Shown: one piece after another, positions 29,989-40,420 of the stretch
Numbering within the stretch: the first letter of the stretch is position 1
How the letters are laid out: the number at the start of each line of letters is the position of its first letter
Assembly: GCA_016218805.1 (NCBI GenBank)
Contig: JACRCW010000012.1
Location: forward strand, 1-41,367
Length of the DNA stretch: 41,367 nt
Direction: 5' to 3'
Origin: Deltaproteobacteria bacterium
GTDB taxonomy: Bacteria > Myxococcota > JACRCW01
Position numbers and translations under genes: made by a program
The notes under the pieces: generated by a model
What the model was told of the DNA's origin: nothing
Seen by the model: the letters and a program-made list of their open reading frames with translations, nothing else
The model's database searches: none

Positions 29989-32559
29989 TCACGGAGTGAA
30001 GGTCACCGTCAGCTCGCCCCACCCGCCCGGCTGCATGTCCACCTTTTCCGTGCGCCGCACCTTGAGGTCCGGGTTCTCCAGGGTGAGCGTGTGCTTGCCC
30101 GGCGTGAGGCGCAGCGGCTTGAGCGGCGTTCGCCCGATCTTGCGACCGTCAACCCAGACGTTGGCCCACGGGGTGATGGTCAGGGTGAGCGTGGCCATGT
30201 CCGCGTCGGCAACCGCGGGGGCGCTGGCCGCTACCCGCCGCGGCGGTGCGGCCTGCTTCTTGGCCGCTTTCTCCGGCGCAGCGGCCTTGGCCGGCGCGGG
30301 TGACGGGGAGGCCGCCTTGGCGGGCGCGGCTACCGGCGTGGCGGGTGGTGGTTGCTCCACGGCGGCCAGCGGGTCCGCCGCCGCGGCCACCGGCGCCACC
30401 GGCTTCTGCAGGAACCGCAACCCGGCCAGCACGCCCACTCCGCCCAGCAACGCACCGACGACCGCGATGGCCGCGGCGGGTGGACCGCGCCGCGCGGGCG
30501 CGGGCTGGTGCGCCAGGTCCGCGTGGAGCAGTTCCTCCTCAAGCGCGCGCGCGACCGCCTTGCGCCGGCCCGTGGTGGAGCGCGCGGGCTTGGCGGCAGC
30601 CGGCGGTTGCGCGGTGGGCGCCGCGGCAGGCGTCACAACGGGCGCCGCGACAACGGGCGGCGCGACGACAGGCGGCGCGACGACGGGCGGCGCGACGACG
30701 GGCGGCGAGGGTTGCGCGGGCTCCACACGGACGGCGGGCGCCGGGGCCGGCGGAGCCTCCAGGAAGGGCGCCGTGACCTCGTCAGGCGTGGCGGGCGGGG
30801 AGATGCCGTAGGCCGGCGGCGGGAGCGGGGCGGGTGGCGCCGCCAGGGGCGCGGGTTCCGGGGGTGGTGCCGGTGCCGTGGCCGCGGCGGGACCGGCCGC
30901 CAGGAACTCGGCCTCGCGCGCGGCCTCGTCGTCCGTGGGCAGCGCAACGGGCACGGGCCCGGCGGCGGGCGCGGGCTCCGCGGGTGCGGGTGCGGGCGCG
31001 GGGGCGGCCGGGGCTTCCGGGACAGCGGGCGGCGGCCCGAACGACGGGATGGACCAACCCGCGTCAAACGACGGCGCGGGCGGTGCGGAGACCGGTTCAG
31101 GCACCGCGGGAAGGCGTGTCGAGGTGGGAGAAACCGCGCCAGCCGGCGTGACGGGCGCAGGGGCCGCCTCCGGCGCGGGCACTGCGCTCATGCGCGGGGA
31201 CGACACGGTCCGCGGTGCGGCCGCGTCAGTGACGGGCGAGGCGGCCGGCGCAGGCACAGCTGGGGACGGCGCGGGGGCCGCCTCCGCCACCGCCGTGATC
31301 CGCGGCGATGACACCGTCCGCGGGGCCATACCGTCGATGATGGGGGGCAGGCGCGGCGCGGACACCGCGGGGGGAGACGGCAGGTCCGGCAGCGCAAGCG
31401 CCCGCGGCGCCGATACGGAGGGGACGGGTGCCCGCGGGTCCACGACGGGCGCGGCCCGCGGCATGGACGCGCCGGGCGGCGGAGCGGTGGGCGGCGGCAC
31501 CGGCTTGTCCACGACGGGTGCGGCGCGCGGCATGGAGGCACCGGGAGGTGGCGCGGCGGGCGGCGGCACCGGCTTGTCCACGACGGGTGCGGCGCGCGGC
31601 ATGGAGGCACCGGGAGGTGGCGCGGCGGGCGGCGGCACCGGTTTGTCCACAATGGGTGCCAGGCGCGGGTTGGAGAGAATGGGCCCCACGTTGACGGGGA
31701 GGCCCTGCCCCGCTCCCAGCGGCGCCAACACGCGGCGCAGCGCTTCAATGAGCGGGTGGTTGCTGGGGAACAGCGTGCACAACCAGCGGCTCACGGAGGC
31801 GTGCAGCGCCATCCCGCCCAGCATGGCCATGGCGCCGTCCCATTGCTCCTTGAGCTCCAGCGCATCGGCGGGCCGGTGGTCCACCACGGGACTGGTGGCC
31901 AGCATGACCAGGTGGGCCAGCGGCTCCGGCACGGTGGGCTGCACCTTGCGCGGGTCAAACCCATCCGCGGGCACCGCGCCCTGCGGCATGACGCCGGAGA
32001 GGACCACGTGCATGAGCACGCCCGCCTGACCCACGTCAGCGCGCGGGCTGCGCGCCGCCCACGCCGGTTGCTCCAGCAGGCTCTGCGCCAGGGCCAGCCC
32101 CGCGTCGCACAGCTGCGTGCGCCCGTCGAACCCCAGCCACAGGCTGTCCGCGCGGAACGCCCCGTGACAGAACGGCACCGGCTGGCCGGAGGCATCCCTG
32201 AGGCCGTGCAGGGCCGCCAGCCCGCCCAGGGCTTCGCTGATGAGCCGGCCGGCCACGCCCACCGACGGCATCACGCCGGCCTCACGCATGCGCGCCACCG
32301 CGCCCGCCAGGGGCATGCCGTCCCGCCACGGGTACCAGGCGGTCACCGCGCCGGGTTGCACCGCGTGCTCCAGAACGGGCATGGCGTCCGGTGACACCAG
32401 CGTTTCAGCGCGGGCCATGGCCTGCTGGATGAGCGGCAGCGCGTCCGGGGCAAAGGCCTCCCGGATGCTGCGCTGCAACAGCAGGTCCGCGCCGGAACCT
32501 CCTTCGGGGAGGGCCAGCGTCATTCCGGGAAGCAGCGGTAGAAGTTCCCTGTGGCCCAA
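29989..32559 (-). CDS. Ser/Thr kinase-like (pseudokinase) membrane protein with Pro/Ala-rich linker and C-terminal PEGA-like domain
   Basis: Kinase-fold remnants (CHGAFRADSLWLGFDG, LCDAGLA, ADVGQAGV, RPADA), a TM helix and PWANVWVDG..IGRTP PEGA pattern. Start uncertain (TTG 32559 or ATG 32523). Confidence 0.8.
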   Translation of the reverse strand: MGHRELLPLLPGMTLALPEGGSGADLLLQRSIREAFAPDALPLIQQAMARAETLVSPDAMPVLEHAVQPGAVTAWYPWRDGMPLAGAVARMREAGVMPSVGVAGRLISEALGGLAALHGLRDASGQPVPFCHGAFRADSLWLGFDGRTQLCDAGLALAQSLLEQPAWAARSPRADVGQAGVLMHVVLSGVMPQGAVPADGFDPRKVQPTVPEPLAHLVMLATSPVVDHRPADALELKEQWDGAMAMLGGMALHASVSRWLCTLFPSNHPLIEALRRVLAPLGAGQGLPVNVGPILSNPRLAPIVDKPVPPPAAPPPGASMPRAAPVVDKPVPPPAAPPPGASMPRAAPVVDKPVPPPTAPPPGASMPRAAPVVDPRAPVPSVSAPRALALPDLPSPPAVSAPRLPPIIDGMAPRTVSSPRITAVAEAAPAPSPAVPAPAASPVTDAAAPRTVSSPRMSAVPAPEAAPAPVTPAGAVSPTSTRLPAVPEPVSAPPAPSFDAGWSIPSFGPPPAVPEAPAAPAPAPAPAEPAPAAGPVPVALPTDDEAAREAEFLAAGPAAATAPAPPPEPAPLAAPPAPLPPPAYGISPPATPDEVTAPFLEAPPAPAPAVRVEPAQPSPPVVAPPVVAPPVVAPPVVAAPVVTPAAAPTAQPPAAAKPARSTTGRRKAVARALEEELLHADLAHQPAPARRGPPAAAIAVVGALLGGVGVLAGLRFLQKPVAPVAAAADPLAAVEQPPPATPVAAPAKAASPSPAPAKAAAPEKAAKKQAAPPRRVAASAPAVADADMATLTLTITPWANVWVDGRKIGRTPLKPLRLTPGKHTLTLENPDLKVRRTEKVDMQPGGWGELTVTFTP
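30649..30707. repeat. 15-bp coding repeat x4 (PPVVA)
   Basis: PPVVAPPVVAPPVVAPPVVA in the linker of the kinase-like protein. Confidence 0.75.
31438..31650. repeat. 69-bp coding tandem repeat x3 (KPVPPPAAPPPGASMPRAAPVVD)
   Basis: Units start at about 31438, 31507 and 31576. Confidence 0.9.
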
Positions 32560-32671
32560 TCGATCAACCTGCTGTGTAGACGCGCATCCGGCGTTCTACC
32601 TCGACGGGGCCGCTGCGTACCACGGGGCGGGCGCGCCCCCCCGGCGCGCCCTCCGTGGCCGCGTGGGAGTT

Positions 32672-33955
32672 TCAGCGGTGGAACCCGCGCGCGCGCGGCG
32701 GGGGCGGCGGCTCCGGACTCACGGTGGGGACGCACGCCCCGCCGTCAGCGTCCACGCCACCGCCGCGGCAGTTGCAGTCACACGGCGGACAGGTGGCGCC
32801 CGGTTCACACGCCGGGCACGCGCACGCGCAGTCCGTCCCGCCGCCGCCGCCGGATCCGCCGTCCCAGTCCGGATCCACGGGGAAGGCACGCTGGCAGACG
32901 CCGCTGCGGCAGTCTGAGGTGCCGCCATCCGGGTCCACCCAGCACGGCATGCCCAGCCCGTACCACTGGCAGAGGTTGGCCGTGTCCGCCACGCACGTGG
33001 TGGCCTCCAGGTGGGCGTAGCACGGGTCGGGCGCCATGCCGCCGTCTTCGGCGGGGCAGGCGCAGTCACACGGCGGGCAGGTGGTGCCGGCCTCGCACGC
33101 CGGGCAGGCGCAGGTGCACGCCGTCCCGCCGGAACCGGCGCTCCCACCGCCCGTCCCGCCGCTGCCGGTGGAACCACCGCCGGTGGAGCCGCCTCCCGCG
33201 GATCCTTCTGACGAGCAGCCGCACGCGCACGGCGGGCACGACGTCCCCGGCGCGCAGTCCGGGCAGTTGCAGGTGCAGGTGGCGTCGCCCGCGCAGGTGG
33301 TACCTGGCTCGGAGATGCAGGTGCAGCCGCAGGGCGGGCATTCCTCGCCGGGGGCGCAGTCCGGGCACGCACACGTGCACGTCCCGCCGCCGCCGCCCCC
33401 ACCACCGCTGCCGCCGCCGCCGCTGCCGCCACAGGCGCATTCGCACGGCGGGCAGTCACCGCCAACCGGGCAGGCCATGGGACAGGCGCACTGGCACTCC
33501 GATCCGCCCGGGTTGGCGTAGCAGGAGCCGGTGGCGCACGTGGTGGAACCGGGGGCGCAGGCCATCCCGTACGCCGCCCACGCGCAGGTGTTGGCCGTGT
33601 CCGCGGTGCAGGAGGTCTCGTCGCCGTGGGCGGCGCACGGGTCCGGCGTGCGGCACACGCCTGCCGGACAGTCCGTACAGGCCGCGTCGGTGGCCACCCA
33701 CTCGCAGGAGGCCGTGGTGCAGTCCGTTTCTGCGCGGTTGTCCGAGCAGGGGTCCATGCTGTTGTAGGTGGCCACGCCCGCGCGCGCCGTCCCGGATGAC
33801 CCGCCCGAGGATGACGAACCCGTCCCGCCCGAGGATGACGACGAGCTGGCGCCACCCGTGGAAGAGGATGAGGAAGAAGAAGAACCGTTCCCGCCCACAC
33901 AGCCCGCCAGGCTGGCAGCCGCGAGCGAAAACCCGAACCATATGGAAATGCGCAT
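32672..33955 (-). CDS. extremely Cys-rich lipoprotein with five CxCxCPxCxxGxxCPPCxCxC modules
   Basis: GGAGGT RBS, lipobox LAGC, Ser/Gly linker, then repeated 8-Cys modules separated by Gly-rich spacers. Confidence 0.85.
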   Translation of the reverse strand: MRISIWFGFSLAAASLAGCVGGNGSSSSSSSSTGGASSSSSSGGTGSSSSGGSSGTARAGVATYNSMDPCSDNRAETDCTTASCEWVATDAACTDCPAGVCRTPDPCAAHGDETSCTADTANTCAWAAYGMACAPGSTTCATGSCYANPGGSECQCACPMACPVGGDCPPCECACGGSGGGGSGGGGGGGGTCTCACPDCAPGEECPPCGCTCISEPGTTCAGDATCTCNCPDCAPGTSCPPCACGCSSEGSAGGGSTGGGSTGSGGTGGGSAGSGGTACTCACPACEAGTTCPPCDCACPAEDGGMAPDPCYAHLEATTCVADTANLCQWYGLGMPCWVDPDGGTSDCRSGVCQRAFPVDPDWDGGSGGGGGTDCACACPACEPGATCPPCDCNCRGGGVDADGGACVPTVSPEPPPPPRARGFHR

Positions 33956-34047
33956 GCCCACCTCCCGAACCGGGCTCCACACCCGGGCCGCGCAGCCTAG
34001 CGCACGCCAAGGGGCCCGACGATCCCATGCCTGCGCTGGACGTGACG

Positions 34048-35409
<1,362 letters not shown>

Positions 35410-35468
35410 GGCGTTGTTCTCCTGCGCTGCGTCTTAACGGGTGGGGGGGAAAGGGCACAAGGTGGCGG

Positions 35469-36443
35469 TCAGTAGGCGTGCAGCTCGCGGGCGGCCTTCA
35501 CCACGTCGTCCACCTGGGGGAGGAAGAACTTCTCCAGCGTGGGCGCGTACGGCACGGGAATGTCCGGCGGCGCCAGGCGGCGCACCGGGGCGTCCAGGTA
35601 CTCAAACGCCTCCTCGTTGATGATGGCGGTGATCTCACCCGCGGGCCCGCCGGTGAGCGTGGCCTCGTGCAGCACCAGCACCTTGTTGGTGCGCTTCACG
35701 CTCTCCGCAATGGCCGCGCGGTCCAGCGGCAGCAGCGTGCGCAGGTCCAACACCTCCACGTTGATGCCCTCCCCGGCCAACACCTCCGCCGCGTCCGTGG
35801 CCACCCAGCGCATGGCGCCGTACGTGATGATGGACAGGTCCTTACCCGCCCGCGCCACCGCCGCCTTCCCAATGGGCACCACCCAGTCCCCGTCGGGGAT
35901 GTCCTCCTTCACGCGCCTGTAGAGGAACTTGTGCTCCAGGTAGATGACCGGGTCGTCGTCCCGGATGGCGGCCTTGATGAGCCCCTTGGCGTCAATGGCC
36001 GTGGATGGCGCCACGATCTTCAGGCCCGGCGCGTTGAGGTACGCGCTCTCCGGGTTCTGGCTGTGGAACGGGCCGCCGCTGACGCCACCGCCGCACGGTC
36101 CGCGGATCACCATGGGCACGCCCACGCCCCAGCGGTACCGGCTCTTGGCCGCGTAGTTGACGATGATGTCGTGCGCGCACGCCATGAAGTCAATGAACTG
36201 CATTTCCGCCACGGGCCGCATCCCCATGAACGCGCTGCCTATGGCCGCACCGATGATGGCGCTCTCACTGATGGGGGTGTCCACAATGCGGTCCGGACCG
36301 AACTCATCCAGGAAACCCTTGGTCACGCGGAACGCGCCGCCGTACGTGCCCACGTCCTCACCCAGGATGAACACGCTGCCGTCCCGCTGCATCTCCTCAC
36401 GGAGACCGGCGCTCAGCGCCTCAATATACGTCATCACCGCCAT
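35469..36443 (-). CDS. 2-oxoacid dehydrogenase E1 beta subunit
   Basis: GEDVG.YGG.F, DTPISE, EMQFIDF, FHSQ, DLRTL.PLD. Confidence 0.95.
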   Translation of the reverse strand: MAVMTYIEALSAGLREEMQRDGSVFILGEDVGTYGGAFRVTKGFLDEFGPDRIVDTPISESAIIGAAIGSAFMGMRPVAEMQFIDFMACAHDIIVNYAAKSRYRWGVGVPMVIRGPCGGGVSGGPFHSQNPESAYLNAPGLKIVAPSTAIDAKGLIKAAIRDDDPVIYLEHKFLYRRVKEDIPDGDWVVPIGKAAVARAGKDLSIITYGAMRWVATDAAEVLAGEGINVEVLDLRTLLPLDRAAIAESVKRTNKVLVLHEATLTGGPAGEITAIINEEAFEYLDAPVRRLAPPDIPVPYAPTLEKFFLPQVDDVVKAARELHAY

Positions 36444-36455
36444 GGTCCGTTCCTC

Positions 36456-37433
36456 TCAGTCCGCGTACACGCGGCGCCGCAGCGCGGCCGAGTGCACCAC
36501 CGGCAGCGCCTCCGTGTGCGCCACCGCCTCATCCACCTGCTGCCGCGCGCGCGCCGCCGCGGCCTCCAGCTCCGTGCGCGCCACGCCCAGCTCAACCAGG
36601 CGCGCCTCCAGCCGCGGCAGCACGTCCACCGCGTCGCGCGGGATGGTCTCCTCCATCAGCTCCGCCGTGGTGAACCCGCCCAATCGCGGCGTGCGGCACT
36701 CCAGCAGCGTGGCCCCGCCGCCATCACGCGCACGCTGCACCGCCTCGCGCGCCGCCAACCACACCGCCTCCACGTCCGTGCCGTCCACGCTCTTCCACGG
36801 CAGCCCGTACGCCTCACCGCGGGAGCCCAGCTCCACCACGGGGGACGTCTCCGCCACCGGCTGGCTGAACGCCATCCCGTTGTTGTTGCACACCAGCACG
36901 TAGGGCAGCCCGTGCGCCGCGGACAGGTTGAACACCTCGTGCGCCGTGCCCGTGCCCATCACCCCGTCCCCAAAGAACCCCATGGCCACGCGCGGCTGCC
37001 GCCGCAGCTTGAACGCCATGGCAATGCCGGCGCCCACCGCCAGGTTGCTCGCCGTGCTCCCCAGTGACGGCGTGGTGCGCGACACCACACTCCCCAACGC
37101 GCCCCCATTCACCGCGCCGGCAAAGTGCGCAAACACCTCCGCCAACGGCATCCCCCGGCACAGGTGCACGCCCAGCTCGCGCGGTGTGGGGCTCGCCCAG
37201 TCCTCGTCAGTCAGGTGCGCCACCGTGGCCACGCTCACCGCTTCCTGCCCGCGCGACGGGTGCAGCGTGCCCGTCCACCGCCCGCCAGAACGCAGCCGCG
37301 CCATGAGGCGCTCCTCGGCGGTGCGCACCAGCACCATCCGCCCGTGCAGCGCGCGCAGCGTCTCCATGCCCACCGCGGAGGCCACCGCGCCCCCACCGCC
37401 ACGCCCCACCTTCGCCAGGGCTGACCTCGCCAT
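36456..37433 (-). CDS. divergent second E1 alpha subunit-like protein
   Basis: GAGGAG RBS before ATG 37433. GQEA and the TPP motif GDG...NN are retained, but the RxxGH loop reads RLGGF. Confidence 0.85.
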   Translation of the reverse strand: MARSALAKVGRGGGGAVASAVGMETLRALHGRMVLVRTAEERLMARLRSGGRWTGTLHPSRGQEAVSVATVAHLTDEDWASPTPRELGVHLCRGMPLAEVFAHFAGAVNGGALGSVVSRTTPSLGSTASNLAVGAGIAMAFKLRRQPRVAMGFFGDGVMGTGTAHEVFNLSAAHGLPYVLVCNNNGMAFSQPVAETSPVVELGSRGEAYGLPWKSVDGTDVEAVWLAAREAVQRARDGGGATLLECRTPRLGGFTTAELMEETIPRDAVDVLPRLEARLVELGVARTELEAAAARARQQVDEAVAHTEALPVVHSAALRRRVYAD

Positions 37434-37444
37434 GAACACCCTCC

Positions 37445-38479
37445 TCACATCGGCGGTACGGCGGGGCGCTTCTCCCCGGCGTACACGCCTCCCATTGCGC
37501 TTTCGCCGCGCGGCTGCGGCATGGGCAGCACCTTGTCCACGCACTCCGTCAGCAGCCCCTGGATCTGCGCGCGCATCTCGTCGCGCTCCGCGCGCGTGGG
37601 CGCGTTTGGCAGCGTGTCCAGTTGCGCTTCGTACCGGGCCAGCGGGTCCTGCTGCTTCCACCGCTCCACCAGCTCCCGCGGGACGTAACCCGCGTCGTCA
37701 TGCTCGGCGTGGCCGCGGATGCGGAAGGTCACCGCCTCCATAATCACCGGGCCCTCACCACGCTGGCACATGGCGCGCGCACGCCGCGTGGCCCACAGCG
37801 CCTCCAGCACGTCATTCCCGTCAAAACGGATGCCCGGACACCCGTACGCGCGCGCCTTCAGCACAAACTGGCTGATGGGCGTCTCGCGGTGATTGGGCGT
37901 GGAATACGAATACCCGTTGTTTTCAATGATGCACACAAACGGCAGCTTCTTCACCGCCGCCAGGTTCATGCCTTCATGGAAGTAGCCGTTGGTCTGGCCG
38001 CCGTCCCCAATCCACGTGAACGCCACCTGGTCCGGCCGCTTCTGCAGCTTGATGGCCAGCGCCGTGCCCACCATCACCTCCAGCAGCGCGCCCAGCATGC
38101 TGGTGGTGATGACAATCCCCTTGGAGAGGTCGCCAAAGTGCGTGTTGACGTCGCGCCCCATCGTCGGGCCGGACGCCTTGGCCATGTACTGCGCCATGAT
38201 GTCCTGCGGAGACACGCCGCGGACCATGAACACGCCCAGGTTGCGGATCATGGGCCCAACAAGATCCTGCTTCAGCGTGGCGTACCCCGTCCCCACGCTG
38301 GTGGCCTCCTGCCCCAGCGACCGGTACAGCCCGCCGACGATCTGCCCCTGCCGGTAGAGCACCGTCAGGCGCTCCTCCAGCAGCCGGTTCAGGTTCATGA
38401 ACCAGTACAGATCGCGCAGTTCCTGCGACGAGAAGGCAAGCGGGTCGTACGGCTTCTGGCCGGCCGTGGGTTCGGCCAT
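37445..38479 (-). CDS. 2-oxoacid dehydrogenase E1 alpha subunit
   Basis: GQEA, GDG...ENN TPP motif, FRIRGHAEHDD, DPL. Confidence 0.95.
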   Translation of the reverse strand: MAEPTAGQKPYDPLAFSSQELRDLYWFMNLNRLLEERLTVLYRQGQIVGGLYRSLGQEATSVGTGYATLKQDLVGPMIRNLGVFMVRGVSPQDIMAQYMAKASGPTMGRDVNTHFGDLSKGIVITTSMLGALLEVMVGTALAIKLQKRPDQVAFTWIGDGGQTNGYFHEGMNLAAVKKLPFVCIIENNGYSYSTPNHRETPISQFVLKARAYGCPGIRFDGNDVLEALWATRRARAMCQRGEGPVIMEAVTFRIRGHAEHDDAGYVPRELVERWKQQDPLARYEAQLDTLPNAPTRAERDEMRAQIQGLLTECVDKVLPMPQPRGESAMGGVYAGEKRPAVPPM

Positions 38480-38969
38480 GCGGGGCTCCGTGGGGGGTTG
38501 AAAGGCGCGGGCGGTCTATAGGGCGGCACCTGTCCGTGCAAGTAGGACCGGCTTCTGTGCCGGTCGCCGGCCCGGGTGACTCCACCACCTCTTGGGACGC
38601 GCCCTGCACCCATTGACGGGCTGCGTCGTGTCCTGCGCCTTTGCACCCGCAGCCCCTTCCCGCCGCTCAACCACCGCCTCGTTTGCTGCGGTCCACCGCC
38701 GGTCGTCGCCTTCATCCGCCACGGCGGCCGTCACACCCCGGCGCACCACTCCCGCCATAATCACGTGATTTGTGTGTCTCACGAATGAGACACATTCAAC
38801 ATCTCTCTCTCAACCGGAGAATATTCTCAATTGACGGACCACCCGTCACGGCCTACGGCGTAAGGGCGACAAATCCGCCGCATACTCCGACGCGCGTCGG
38901 CGCGGCGCTTGGGTGGGAGAACAACATGCCCCGGCACTTGAGCCCCCTGGCTCACAAGGATGATCGGCC

Positions 38970-40127
38970 GTGACCGCGCCGCCCGACGATGCCGCGGAGC
39001 CGGAAGAAGAACCGCTGTGCAAAGACGCCGTGTGCCGCCTGGCGGCGCGCGCCGCGCATGACCTCAACAACCTGCTCAGCGTCATCCTCGGACAGACGGA
39101 ACTGGCGGCCCTTGGGTTGGCGCCCGGTCACCCAGCGCACCACCAGCTCAGCCAGGTGCGTGACGCCACGCTCCGGTGCACGCGCGTCACCAACGACCTC
39201 GCGGCGCTGGCCCGGTCCCCCCGCGTGCTGGACATCAACGCCACGGTGGACAGCCTCCTCCCAGGCCTCCGTAGCCTGGTTGGCGACGACGTGGCCCTGG
39301 CGTGGCTCCCCGGCACACGCGTCCGCCCGGTCAGACTGGACCCTGCGCAACTGGCGCAGGTCATGATGGGACTCTGCTCCCATGCGAAGAAAGCCTCCCT
39401 ATCCGGAGGTCAACTCACGCTGGAGACGCGCAACGCTTCTCTGGCGCGGACGCTCTCCGCCGTGCCGGACGCGGTTCCTCCCGGGGAATACGCCGTTCTC
39501 TCCATCCGCGACACCGGGCGCGGCATCCGTGCGGAGGAATTGCCCGGATTGTTTGAACCCGCATTTACATTGGAAGCACCGGCCGACCACGCGGGCCCTG
39601 GACTGCCCACGGTCTATGCCGTCCTCAAGCAGAATGACGCCTTTCTCCAGGTCAGCAGCGCACCCGGCGCGGGGAACACCGTCTCCATCTATTTCCGGGC
39701 CAGCCCGGCGGCGGTTGAGTTCCCTCCCGGGGCGGCGGAGCACCGGGTTGCGCGCGGTCATGGGACCCTGCTGCTCGTTGATGACGAGCCGGCGATTCTC
39801 GCGGCGAGCAAACTGGTGCTGGAACAACTGGGCTACACGGTCCTGGCAGCCGGCACGCCGGAGCTGGCCATGGCGCTGGCGGCGCAGCACGCCGGTGACA
39901 TTCACCTGTTGGTCACCGATTTCCGGTTGCCCGGAATGAATGGAGGCGAACTGGCTGCGCAGCTGCGCACCTCCCGCCCGGAACTGCGGTGCGTCATCAT
40001 GTCCGGACTTCCGTCCGGCGTCGTCGGCCAAGCGGGAGGTGACGCGGGGGGCAGGGTGCTGGAGAAGCCGTTCACCCGGGAAACGTTGGCGGCCGCCGTC
40101 CGCGAAGCGTTGGCAGCGCGGCGCTAG
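38970..40127 (+). CDS. sensor-less hybrid histidine kinase-like / response regulator protein
   Basis: H-box AHDLNNLL, G1 DTGRGI, receiver with VDDE, TD..LPGMNG, SG and KPF. N-box and G2 box are degenerate. Confidence 0.85.
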   Translation: MTAPPDDAAEPEEEPLCKDAVCRLAARAAHDLNNLLSVILGQTELAALGLAPGHPAHHQLSQVRDATLRCTRVTNDLAALARSPRVLDINATVDSLLPGLRSLVGDDVALAWLPGTRVRPVRLDPAQLAQVMMGLCSHAKKASLSGGQLTLETRNASLARTLSAVPDAVPPGEYAVLSIRDTGRGIRAEELPGLFEPAFTLEAPADHAGPGLPTVYAVLKQNDAFLQVSSAPGAGNTVSIYFRASPAAVEFPPGAAEHRVARGHGTLLLVDDEPAILAASKLVLEQLGYTVLAAGTPELAMALAAQHAGDIHLLVTDFRLPGMNGGELAAQLRTSRPELRCVIMSGLPSGVVGQAGGDAGGRVLEKPFTRETLAAAVREALAARR

Positions 40128-40390
40128 CTGACCCACCCGGCGCCGTCCACGGTGGATAGGGACCCATGCCCGCAACGGCGCGCGCGCGCCGCGGCCGGCA
40201 AGAGGGTTCAATTGTCTGTGATTTCGGCAGGACGGTGGAAGTCGCGCATTCGCGCTTGACTTGGTTACCTGACGGAACATTTGACGCAAGAACACGCAAA
40301 TTACCCCCCGATCGGGGGGTTTCCTTGGAGACCGTTCTGTGCGTGTCGCAGGGGATGGGGAATAGGGTGGATTGAAATCCAACTTAATCA

Positions 40391-40420
40391 TTGACAGAGA
40401 AGCCGCCGGTCCCGTAGATA
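40391..40420 (+). promoter_or_regulatory. possible sigma70 promoter
   Basis: TTGACA-18 nt-TAGATA about 170 nt upstream of ATG 40591. Confidence 0.35.
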
